A stretch of DNA of 63,513 nt, the filler included, from Hyphochytrium catenoides (taxonomy: Eukaryota > Protista > Hyphochytriomycota): NCBI GenBank assembly GCA_900088475.1. It is 7 parts of 7 records of this genome, joined end to end, with 100 filler letters (N's around TTAATTAATTAA, not from the genome) between each part and the next. Parts side by side here need not be neighbours in the genome. Positions count along the whole stretch, not along the records: positions 1 to 22,752 come from FLMG01001939.1; 6 more parts are not named here. One strand, 5' to 3'. The position numbers and the translations under genes were made by a program. Positions 1 to 10,975 of the stretch are shown in pieces. The notes beneath the pieces are model-generated. The model had not been told where the DNA came from. It saw only the letters and a program-made list of their open reading frames with translations, and did not search any database. Numbering within the stretch: position 1 is the stretch's first letter; each line of letters opens with the position of its first letter.

Positions 1-647
1 TGGAGGGTGGAAGGTAAGGGACCCATAAAAGTACAGTGCTGTGTTTGATATAAAGGAATTAAGGGAAGAGAGCTCAATCTTCACAATGTCCTTTGGCGGG
101 TCAAAATGCCACGGTGCTCCAGGACAGGACAGGACAGTGCTGCTAAGCCCGTCCGCCTTAGCGCGTGTTGGATGTCAGCCCCATAACGGTCCTGCTTCTG
201 GATAGACCATCATTGTCATAGGTAGTTCTAGTAACATCCAGCAGGAAGGGGATATAAGCTCACGAGAAAGCAGTATCGCAGACCAGAGTCAATGATGGCA
301 ACAGCAAAGTAGGCCAGAAGGGAAAGAAGCTTACAACGAGAAGACACTATGCTTAGGTGTTGGATGAAGGCAGCGCATCGTCCACCGTCGCCTAGATCAG
401 GCATCACGTGCGCCTCAGTGGCGAATTGTTGCTTAATGCTATATGTCTTGTCGTCGTTGTTCATGACGGACTAAGTGGAAGCATAATCCTTACGCTTTAG
501 GATCTTCTTGTCGTTGTTCTTCCGTGCCCATTGTTGCTTAATGCTATGACGACAAACCTTCTCCTGACGTGTCGTTATGGTCTAATACCTTGCTCCTGGT
601 GACTTGGAACCGTGTTAGGGCCCTTTTAGGGGGCTTTTGGTTACTGC

Positions 648-2948
648 ATGCCCAACCATAGATTTCCGCGGCAACGCTGCCAAGGTCCTATGACTTCCTC
701 CACTACGAGTGCTCCCCTCTCTTCTGAGGGGGGGACAACCTTCTCCAGTTCATCGCCAAACACTTCTAACAATGGAAACCTCAAAGATGGAAAGCGTCAA
801 TCCTGGAGAAAGCTGATCTTTTCGAGAGACAAGCTGCATGTCCAACGTATCATCTTCTCCCTTCCCCGCTTTCATGTCCTTGGCTTCCTATGGGCAGTCA
901 TCGAGCTAGCCATCTTCATCGTGACTGCTGCGCAAACAGACTTTGAAGCTTTGGACACTGTAACATTGATGCTGAAATCGCGACTTACACAGCAAATTTT
1001 TCTCAATGAGAACGCACAGAGCATTCTTCGAGACTTAGACCAAGATACGATTGTCTCAATGGTATACGGCTCCTTTGGCCCTTCCTCTCAGTTTTGCGGA
1101 CCTCCAGCAGGCTCGCCGTACTCTATCTACATCAATGCTCATGCCTATTACACCATCAAGACAGCTAGAGCAGATGTTATGGCGCAGCAGCGAGACTTTA
1201 ATATGGCAGAGGAAAACGAAGAGTCCGAAAGAAGATTTGCAGATAATAGTTCTACCAGGTTTGGTTTGGATCACAGCCAAGAAGCCCTTAGTCGCTACGT
1301 ACTGCGACAGCTTCTCTGCAATAGGACAGAGCCGCTGATAGACCAGAGATACATTATGAGCAACGTCGGGCAGTCCTGCTCTGGCGCTGAGCTCTTGCTT
1401 GACATATCCAGAGATCTTGACATCTGTGAAAACACGGCAGACTATAATGTCCAACTTATTGTGGCAGGAACCAGAAATGTCTGCATCTTCTACTTTCATG
1501 GGTGGGATCCCGTTGTAGCACCAGAACCGGAGTGGACAACGACCTGCATCCATTTCGGCACTAAAGAATTGAAAAGGACTGAACTGCGGTGGATCTTCCG
1601 GCGACTCGAGGTGCTTTGGGATAGGTTTAGAGCCGCGGCTATGGCCTGGATACTACTCTCTGTCTTTATGCGCCTGCTCTATTGGTACAGGGTAGTTGAA
1701 GTCACACGCAGAAGCCTGGTGCACCTAAGGACGGAATGCCCTCAGACAAATCAATGGTCTCACTCGTTAGAAAGAAAATTAGGGCTTAGTGAGGCCGATT
1801 CGCGCCGCCGCCCTGTGAAGGCAACTGCCTCCGCACACGTAGTCACCATGAGAAGGTCCGAAAGGGCCATGACAGACATTTTAAACAACAGAATGAAGGA
1901 TTCAGTGCAAAACGTGAGGCTATCTGCTGAACTACGGACCTTCCTGACTGCCTCCTCTATAGGCATCGCTTGTGCCAACAATGACTCTTGGTATCTTGGT
2001 CTGTCCATTTTGAGGCAAATACTTGGGGGCCCTTATGTTGAGATGCTTCTGGCCTCGGCCGTGACTACCCCTACTGCAGCGTGGCAGGCCTTTGGGATAG
2101 TCATATACCATGAAGCCATCATTCAGGGCATCTTCTGGAGCCTCTGCCGGATCTTTCACAGGCAACCGCGATCGATGGAGGGCGTCATCGACGTTGGAGT
2201 TTTAGGCTATGTCTCAATGCTGTACTTGTCTATCAGCGTCCAGTCCTCACAGCTGTTCAATGTGGACATCTTAGGGTTGTTCAGAGTCACTAACTGGCTG
2301 ATATCCTCTATGTGGTGGATTATCCTGCCAGGCTGTGGGCCGGATGGGCCTTGCCTGTGGTCGAGAGGTGATATCGTTATTCACACTGTGACGGCCATCT
2401 ATATCTCCGCCTTTGCCGTAATAACGCAGACGGTTGTAAGTGCCTGGAGGAAAAGTCGCCGGAGAAAGGCAAAGGCGGTTCATCATAGCAGCTTTTCCGG
2501 CCAAGCACTGGAGCTGAGAAGTTTGAGGGAAGAAGAAAGACATTTTTTTGCCTCTCGGATGCGGCCACCCCCGCCGAGCTCATGGCTATATTTGGGAACC
2601 GTTGGTTGTCCTTCTTGCTGGTCGCAGCTGGTAAAGCAGCCCACTATGATTCCAGCTCTGGCTACCGATCTAAGGGATAAGAAAAAGCTGGCAGTGGATG
2701 TTGAGCCCACCTGCGCGGAGAAGCAGTCGGTAAAGCAGCATCACATCACCAGAAGTAGCGCTCTCGCAAGCACCAACGCTGGTGCTGCCAATGAATCAGC
2801 ATCATCATTAAAGGGCTGCTGTCTCTGGTATGCCTGCGATCACAGTGAGAGGAACGTAGACGACACCGCAACATCTCCAAACAACAACAAACAGCCCACA
2901 AAGCTAAGTAGCTATCGCTTCATGCCTCTCTCTCGTAGGAGTAACTAG
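648..2948 (+). CDS. Uncharacterised multipass membrane protein, family A paralog 1 (intact, intronless, 766 aa)
   Basis: Long uninterrupted ORF sharing blocks with three neighbours: PRFHxLGxLWAxIEL, CGPxxGSPY, LCNRxEPLxDQRY, SIGIACANND, AWQAFGIVIYHEA, DVGVLGYxS, RGDIVxH, WLYLGTVGCPxC, YRF. About 6 hydrophobic segments. Confidence 0.9.
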   Translation: MPNHRFPRQRCQGPMTSSTTSAPLSSEGGTTFSSSSPNTSNNGNLKDGKRQSWRKLIFSRDKLHVQRIIFSLPRFHVLGFLWAVIELAIFIVTAAQTDFEALDTVTLMLKSRLTQQIFLNENAQSILRDLDQDTIVSMVYGSFGPSSQFCGPPAGSPYSIYINAHAYYTIKTARADVMAQQRDFNMAEENEESERRFADNSSTRFGLDHSQEALSRYVLRQLLCNRTEPLIDQRYIMSNVGQSCSGAELLLDISRDLDICENTADYNVQLIVAGTRNVCIFYFHGWDPVVAPEPEWTTTCIHFGTKELKRTELRWIFRRLEVLWDRFRAAAMAWILLSVFMRLLYWYRVVEVTRRSLVHLRTECPQTNQWSHSLERKLGLSEADSRRRPVKATASAHVVTMRRSERAMTDILNNRMKDSVQNVRLSAELRTFLTASSIGIACANNDSWYLGLSILRQILGGPYVEMLLASAVTTPTAAWQAFGIVIYHEAIIQGIFWSLCRIFHRQPRSMEGVIDVGVLGYVSMLYLSISVQSSQLFNVDILGLFRVTNWLISSMWWIILPGCGPDGPCLWSRGDIVIHTVTAIYISAFAVITQTVVSAWRKSRRRKAKAVHHSSFSGQALELRSLREEERHFFASRMRPPPPSSWLYLGTVGCPSCWSQLVKQPTMIPALATDLRDKKKLAVDVEPTCAEKQSVKQHHITRSSALASTNAGAANESASSLKGCCLWYACDHSERNVDDTATSPNNNKQPTKLSSYRFMPLSRRSN

Positions 2949-4267
2949 CATAGGGCCACTATTCCCAAAGATGGTGAAAGAATGGAGTAGAAGGAGTGAT
3001 CTGATAAGTTTTGAGAAAAGTCTTGATCTATGACACATTGGCTATCTTCCCGTATGTTCTATGGGCGACTCCATGGCGCTCGCTTCGTGGCAAGATCTCG
3101 TCAGAAGATGCCATACTCCATGAGTTAGGGATCATCACCACCTCCTCGATCATTGGCAGGGGCAGCGGCGTTTCGGGAGTCAGGGGACCAAGGCACAGGA
3201 CGGAAGCCCCTTGGAACAATCATATAAAGGGACAAGGAGCTATCGGCGTAAGGAAAAAGGGGAGAGAGAGGAGTGAGGCCACGACGCAACGTGCCTGGTG
3301 CAGCAGGCGGCCGGAGTGGCTTGATGAACAAGTTGGCGAAGAGGAAGGAAGAAGGAGCGATGATGGGAGGAGGCAAGGGCCCCACGATACAGCCCTCCCC
3401 TCGGAGTATGTTGGGAATCTGTAACGGACGGGAGGGAGGGGAAGAGAGGAACAAGTGCACTGACAATGGAAACTGACGGGCCGGGCGGTTGGCTTGATGG
3501 CTACCGATGACGGAGCAGCAGGTGCACAAGACTAGGAGCCGTCGCAAGCCCCAGGCCAGGCAAGGGGCGACAGTCGTCCATAAGACCGAGATTATAAAGC
3601 AGAAGACCCTCCTAGAGTTCCCATCCGGTTAAAGGGTTACTCATCAACGGAGAGTAACCAGCAGCTACGCCCACAGCACCAAGGCTGGGCCGCCCTTAGA
3701 ACGATTTTGATGTTTGACAATGTTCCAAGGCCCTACCCATCACGTCCATTGCTCCTCTCTGTAATCCTTGTGTCTCGCACTTGAGACGACGGAACTATAG
3801 CTATTTGTCTAATGTTGGATGCGAAGCTACTTGTTGCTCTGATGTAACGACAACGCAGAAGGGCGTCAGCCTCCCTCTGCCAGTCTTTCTATACTTTGTC
3901 TTTCATTTGCTCCCTCTTCCAGTTGGTCCCCTCTTCTCTTTCCTAGTTCTTTTGTCTCTCGCTCAATCGTCATTGATCCTAGAAGCCCAAGCACCACCGG
4001 AGGGGCCTATCGAGCCGCATCCGCATCATCTTTCATTTGCAAGCGCCACAGCCCCAGCGCTATAATCTGCAAGGTTAGGCCCGATATCGCCCTTCAGAGA
4101 GGAACGTGACATGGTCTACTCTACCCAGCGGCTAGAGTCTATTCCACTTTGCCGCTGAGAGGGGATACGTCGATTGTCTTCACAGCTGGGTCGCTCTTGC
4201 CGCACTGCCTTCTCTAAAATAGCTGCAATAGCTGCAGTAGGGCTCTTACTATAGCCAGGACCTGCCA

Positions 4268-6644
4268 ATGCCATCCACGAAGATCCGAAGCTTTAAGAAC
4301 AATGGTACGCTAACAGAGCCACCAGTAGTCCATACCGCCGCTCCATCCTCCGCAACAGGGAGAATGCCAAATGATGGTGGTGAGCCGGTGAGGGGGAAGG
4401 ACTTGGGGCCTGATTGTGACGATAAGCAGTCCCAGCCCCAGCCCCTAAAGCGTTTACTTCTGTATCGAAACAAGCTGCATGTACAGCGTATCATCTTCTC
4501 CGTCCCTCGATTCCACTTTCTCGGCTTTCTTTGGGCTGTCATCGAGCTTGTCATCTTCTTCATTACAACTGCCCAGATGGACTTTGAAGCTCTCGACACT
4601 GTGACACTTATGCTGCGTCTGAGGGTTACTCAGCAAATCTTCGTCGACAAAGACGCTCAGAGCTTACTGGGAGATTATGAACGGGACACGATCGTCTCCA
4701 TGTCTCTAGGCTCTTTTCGTCCTTCTTCTGCCTACTGTGGGCCACACGTGAACTCTGGCTTTGCAAAGTACATTCGGGCACATGCGTTCGACGCTATAAA
4801 GGCGGGCAAGTACTGGAATGACCCGACAGGCGGCGGCGCCCTTCTGTCGGACCCAGACACTACGCTTTTGGCCCTTAGAAATAGCTTTGCGTTCGATGAG
4901 AAGCAAGAAGAGGTGAGGCGCCATATGTTGCAGCTGATGCTCTGCAATAGGTCGGAGCCCCTTATCGATCAGCGTTACATTCTCAGTAACATTGGACAAG
5001 AACGTACGGGCCCAGGTTTACTGCTTGATATCAACGGTGGGCTGGACCTTTTGCCAGCAGCCTGAGCAGTATAACTTCCAGCTCCTCGTTGCAGGAACCA
5101 GAAGTGTCTGCATTTTCTTCAACCGAGATAACTCGACTGCCATAGACAAAACCCTAGGCGTTGCTCCTGCATGGCCCGTGCCGGAGTGGGCAGTCATCTG
5201 CATTCATTTCGGCACGAGGGACCTCGTCAGAGAGGATTGCCAGTGGATCTTCAGGCGGCTTCGTGTGCTCTGGGACAGATTTAAAGCCTCAGCTCTAGCA
5301 TGGATACTATTGTCTGCTGCCATGCGGGTGCTTTACTGGTGGCGGATGGTTGAAGCCACCAAAAGAAGTCTGGTCCATCTGCGAACTGAGTGTACTGCTG
5401 AGCAGGACAGGCCGTTCATCATCGCACCCAACGGGACAAACGGATCTCGCCATCTTTCCCTTCAAAAAACACCTAAAGAAATGGCAGATGAGAGTCTTGC
5501 AGCCGCCAACAGGACCGTAGGGTCTTTCAGAAGAGGCAAGGAGAAAGAAACTCGAGGCACTACCATTCCCCATGCATTGTCCCCTAATAGGTTTTCAAGC
5601 GGAATGATCCAAACGTGGATGACTGCTGCTTCTATTGGCATTGCGTGCGCGAACAATGACAGTCTCTACCTCGCTCTTGCTGTCGTGCGGCAAATAGTTG
5701 GTGCTCCTTACGCAGAGATGCTTCTTGGCTCAGCCGTAACCACCCCGCTAGCTGCTTGGCAGGCGTTCGGCATTGTAATCTACCACGAGGCCATCATATT
5801 GCTCATCTTTCATGGTGTTGACCGTTTGCTGAGAGGGAGAAGGAGCGTGATAAACGGCGTCACGGACGTCGGTGTTCTTGGCTATTTCTCTATGCTCTTC
5901 CTCTGTCTGAGCGTGCAATCCTCCCAGCTCTTCAACATTGACGTTCTCTGGCTCTTCAGAACGACCAACGCCCTAAATGTCCCCGTTCGCTGGCTGATAC
6001 TTCCTGGTGCTAGCCCTGATGGAGCGTGTCTGTGGTCCAGGGGAGAGATTTTTCTCCACACCTTGGCCGCTGTGTACACTTCAGTCTTTGCCCTTCTAGC
6101 TCAGAGCGCCGTCAACTATTGTAGGCACAACATCATGATGTCCAGCTGCTGCCGTCATCCAAGAAGAGGAAGGAACATCGTGGTTGCCTCGACATCTGGT
6201 GATCATCAAATGCGGAGAGACAGCTCCACGTCTACCTGGTGGCTCTACCTCGGGACTATTAGCTGCCCATCCTGCAGCTGGCGGATTGTCACGCAGCCGA
6301 CACTCATCCCAACATCTCCCTCTTGTGCCACTGCCTCACTTGCCTGTGAAAAGGCCCCAAGGCCTTCAGCCGTCACTCAGTGTGACTTCCAAGCTTCCCC
6401 TACAAGGCCATCCAGCAGCCCCGGTGATCCACCGCTTGGAAACCATGAGAAAGACCACCAAGGACCTGAGATATCTTCGACTTCGAATTGCTGTCTCTCC
6501 ATTCCTTGCACACATTCACTACTATCTGAGGAGGACAATCAGACAGAGAAGAAGGTAAGGCAGACGTATAGTCGATATCGCTTCATCAGTACCAAGAGAG
6601 AGCCGCCTGTGAGACCAAGAACGGCCCAAGCAGCTAGGAGCTAA
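4268..6644 (+). pseudogene. Family A paralog 2, split by a +1 frameshift at about 5048-5051 (pseudogene or homopolymer error)
   Basis: ORFs 4268-5065 and 4992-6644 are the N- and C-terminal halves of a paralog 1 homolog. Removing one T from ctg gac ctt T tgc cag restores LDLCQQ (paralog 1 LDICEN). A conserved ectodomain Cys is Arg here (GQERTG vs GQSCSG/SQPCSKG/SQPCKG). Confidence 0.8.
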
Positions 6645-6992
6645 TGTTAGTTACATCATGGTACGACGCGGTTTAAGAACTAGAAGTACCGATCCTGTCT
6701 GATGGAAGCCTTTCTGCAGCGGAGTAGAGAGATCTAACTTATCTAATAAATAGCGTAGATGTATAGAAAGAACTGGGGTCAGGAGGAAGAAAAAGGCTGA
6801 GAGCATGGACATAGAGAAGCTGCTGGTACACCTCGCCCCGCTGTCCGCGCAGGATACCGAGCGCAACTCGCTTGAGAGATGAAAACCCCAGCTCAATGCT
6901 TCCTTCACCTGAAGAGTTATCTGGTCCCTCCTGCCGCCATCAGTATTGACTTCACTGGCAGGGCCAAAGCACCTGCTAAGCTACCAATATAA

Positions 6993-9328
6993 TCACCAGA
7001 AGAGGAGGTAGCTTCTCTTTATCCTAGGGAGTCCCCAGGACCCACCCGTCATTGCCAGGAAGCGATAGTTGTTGACCCTTTTTCCAGCCTCTCGCCTCTT
7101 CCTTGTCACTGCAGCGGGCGAGCAATATTTGCTACGCATGGTCCAAAGGCAGCACCTATTGCTCTCCTTCAAGCGTTTGTCTACCATTTCGGTGGACACA
7201 TCCTCCGTCGCCCTCGTGCCATCCTTGCCCTTACCTCTGCTACCGCAGGTAGCCCGTCATTCTGCTGGATAAACGTCGGCCGCTTTATGATAAAAGCGAG
7301 GCAGTGTGGACACCCTACAGTACCTAAGTAGAGCCATTGGTGGGTCACTTTGCATGTCTCCACCTCCATCTTGTCCTTATGCGGCCCTACAGCTGAAGAC
7401 CGTGCATCCCTTAACGCCTCTACTTTCTCATCATATATGCCCGGGCAAAAAAACCCTCGTCGGCCCTTCTTCTTTCTGTTGTCCCACGCAGAAAGACAGA
7501 AGGCAAGAAGAAGCTGCAGCAAGAGTGTAGCGCTTGCTGTGTAAAGAGCAGCAGCTGAGTGCAGGACAATGTCTCCGCGGATGTAAAGACATGGCCCGTC
7601 AGGTTCACAGTTTGGGAGAATGATCCACCAGAGCCAGGTGATCAGCGTGTTTGTGGCGCCGAAGAGGCAGAAGATGTCAAAGTTCACCATCTGCACTGAC
7701 TGAGTGGCGAGACACAGAAAGAGAAGAGACACGTAACCCAGCATCCCGACGTCTAAGATAGCAGGGACTAGGCGCTCTCTTGGAGAGTAGAACAGACGTC
7801 TTGCTCCCCTGAAGGACAGCTGGATGACGGCCTGGTGATACACCACCATACTGAATGCTTGCCAGCCAGCCAGCGGCGTAGTCACCGCCGAAGCGACGAG
7901 TACTTCGCCATAGACAGCACCAAACACCTGCCTCAAGACGGCCAGCACGAGGTACGCTGTGTCATTGTTTGCACAAGCAATGCCGAGAGACAGAGCGGTC
8001 AGACTGGTGGCCAACCATCCTCCCACTCTCTTTCTTTGTGACGCTGCTTTTCTAGGTAACGTCTCGTCCACCGCAGCTCTAGGCACTTGAACCACAGATA
8101 AAGACGGCTTCCGCTCCGGCAAGGACTGGTCCGTAGGAGAAGAAGAAGGTGGCAGGTTGGTCTCATGCGGGTGCAGATTGGGGACAGATGATAGAGAAGA
8201 AGAAGGACAGTCATGCCTCAGGTGCCATAAGCTCGCTCGCGCCACCTGGAAGACTGTGAGCCAGTAGGTCAGGCGCATAGCAATAGACAAGACAATCCAG
8301 ATGATGGCAGAGCTCCAGATTGCCTCCCATGCCACCTCTAAGCGTCGAAAGAGCCACTGAAAATCCTCTCTCTCCATATCTATCGCTCCAAACTGTATGC
8401 AAAGAACGGTAGCTCCTGTGGTCGCTCTATCTGAAGGCCGAAGAGCATACGTGTACAGGCAGACACTTGTCACGCCGGAGACTTCTAAGAGCGCCCCGTA
8501 GTTCTGAGGGTTAGCGCAGACGTCCAATTCCTGTACCGAGCGTATCGAGAGATTGGCCGCGCCCTTGCTGCACGGCTGTGAGAGGGCGCTCAAGACATAG
8601 CGCTCGTCAAAGATAGGCTGTGACCTCCTGCAAAAGAGAAGGTCTAAGAGTTCTCCGTCTATCTTGCCTCTCATCTCCCACAGCTGCAACGCGGCGTCAG
8701 ATGCTTCAGACGTGTCTTCTTTGTCTCTCTGGGGTAGCAGCGTACCGTCAATGGCCATCATTGCCGCGCTCTGTCTCTCTTCTATCGCCATCAGCGCCTG
8801 GCGGTTGATATAAACAAAGTACGGAGAGCCCGGTTCAGGGCCGCAATAGTCAGAAGACAGGGAAGAGAAGGCGCCTGAGGTGATAATCAACAATGACGTT
8901 TGCCCTTGTTCTTCCATGCTCTCTTCCTCATTCACGTGGCCAACGCCGCCTGTGGCTCCTGATCCTGTCTCTTCTTCCTTCCCTAACATTGCCTGTTGCT
9001 TGTGTCTGGACTCCAGCACCTCTCCTGCCGTGTCTAAGGACTGAAAAGAGTAATCTGTCTTGGCCAAAGCGAGAAGAAAGATGCCCAGCTCTATGGCCGC
9101 CCACAGGATGCCCAGGAAATGGAAGCGTGGAAAGGAGAGAGAAGGTCCCCGCTTTCTTCTCTTCACGCGAAGATTGTCCCTCTCAAACAGGAGTCTTCCG
9201 AGATTTTTTACAGCTTGAGAGGGGAGAGAGTGACGAGAGAGACTCTTGGGAGGATTCGCTCCTTGCTTCTTATCTGTTCCTTCTTCTCCTGCTGCGTCGT
9301 TGTCCTTACCCTGCTCTTGCTGCTGCAT
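6993..9328 (-). CDS. Family A paralog 3; C-terminal tail continues in another frame (frameshift at about 7200-7258)
   Basis: ORF 7181-9328 carries all family motifs through WLYLGTVGCPHC. The family tail motifs CCLW and NYRF lie in the overlapping ORF 6993-7199. Confidence 0.8.
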
Positions 9329-9377
9329 CGTTCACCTTCAAGGACGACAGACTTCGAGAGGAAGCAAGACGGACAGC

Positions 9378-9425
<48 letters not shown>

Positions 9426-9992
9426 TAAAGGCGAGAAGGGTTCGACAGTGGCCGAACACACTACGCCCGACAATAGTTCTGATGAAGAGAAGGACGATTA
9501 GAGAGAAAGAAAGAGAGAGTGAGAAGGAGAGAGAGAGGGAGAGAAGTGGGACGGGGGGCGCACGACCCCAAGCTTCTGTTCAATCACGCGCTCGGCTCAT
9601 TTACCCATCGTATCTATCCACTCCTTCTTCACTTTGCTGGGACAACAGTGACATGTTGCTGCTTCCATCATCGTGCCCTTGTCCCCTTCTCTTTCTCTTC
9701 TCTCCTTCATCTGCTCCCAAGAGCCGCGTTATCATGATGAGCAGTTCCCTTCTCTCTTCTCAGGAGGATGAACGAGGGGAAGGAGGGAGAGAAGGAGAAG
9801 AGAGATAAGAGAGGAGAAGAAGAGGAGAGAAGTAGAGGATGAGCGCCGCGAGAAGAGCTTTAAAAAAGAAAGGGAGAAGGAACACGTCAGGACGTCCACT
9901 GTGCCGCCCCGCGCCCCTCCCTCTTCGGATCATCCCCCTACAAGCTCCCCTCCTGCCTGTGGCCTTGGTCTCCCTCTCCCACTATCTTCCCA

Positions 9993-10043
<51 letters not shown>

Positions 10044-10114
10044 NNNNNNNNNNNNNNNNNNNNNNNNNNNNNNNNNNNNNNNNNNNNNNNNNNNNNTCCT
10101 CAAGTGGGACGAGT

Positions 10115-10145
<31 letters not shown>

Positions 10146-10810
10146 AGAGGGAGAGAGAGAGAGAGAGAAAGAAACAGAGAGACAGACAGAGAGAGAGAAG
10201 AAGGGAGAGAGAGAAAAAGAGAGAGAAGAAGAGAAAAGGAGAGAGAGTGAGGGACAAGCATCATTCGGCCTTTCTCCTGGCAGCTAGGTGGGAGGGGTCC
10301 CGCTAGTGCTATAGATGCACATAAGGGAGTGGAGCACGCAGGAGAGAGACGAGAAGATCCAATGGAGGACAGCGGCGGCCGCCAGCAGCAGCAGCCAAAC
10401 GGCGGGGCTCGATGCAGGCCACTATCTGCTGGTAGAATGGGAGGAGGAGCAGCTCTTTCATCTTTCTTGGACTATTACTGCCTACAATCAGAAGCAAGCT
10501 AGATTAAGAAGCAGCGAAAGGGACCTCTCAGACCACCAGAGGACGTGAGAGAGAGAGAGAGAGAGAGAGAGANNNNNNNNNNNNNNNNNNNNNNNNNNNN
10601 NNNNNNNNNNNNNNNNNNNNNNTAGGATGTCCTCTGTGTTAGCGATTAGACAGTCGTCGATTGATGGGTATATCTAAACCTGACTTGTTTCTTTCTCGGT
10701 ATTCTATGTTCTTGTTAGCGCTGCCTGTTGGTCCATAGGTGTAGAGATGTATAGAGACCAACTAAAGAAGAGAGCGAGAGTGAGAGAGAGAGAGACAGAG
10801 AGAAAGACTA

Positions 10811-10847
<37 letters not shown>

Positions 10848-10975
10848 TGAAGATAAAGGGGAGAATGATAGAGAGAGAGCTAACAATGTAAATAAGAAGC
10901 TGACATCTAGCTAACAAATAATGTGCAAGACTAGAGAAAATTTTTCCCCTCCCGTCTCGCTCACTCGGTGTCGTC

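Noticed and set aside
2080-2400. Family A as a CREST hydrolase (ceramidase/PAQR/myomaker) because of YH and a later His
   Set aside because: Lacks the SxxxH spacing and the final HxxxH motif.
9380-10900. Many ORFs rich in ER/SL dipeptides here and at 13.9-14.1, 29.9-35.8 and 62-63.5 kb
   Set aside because: Translations of (GA/CT)n microsatellites, mostly intronic or intergenic.
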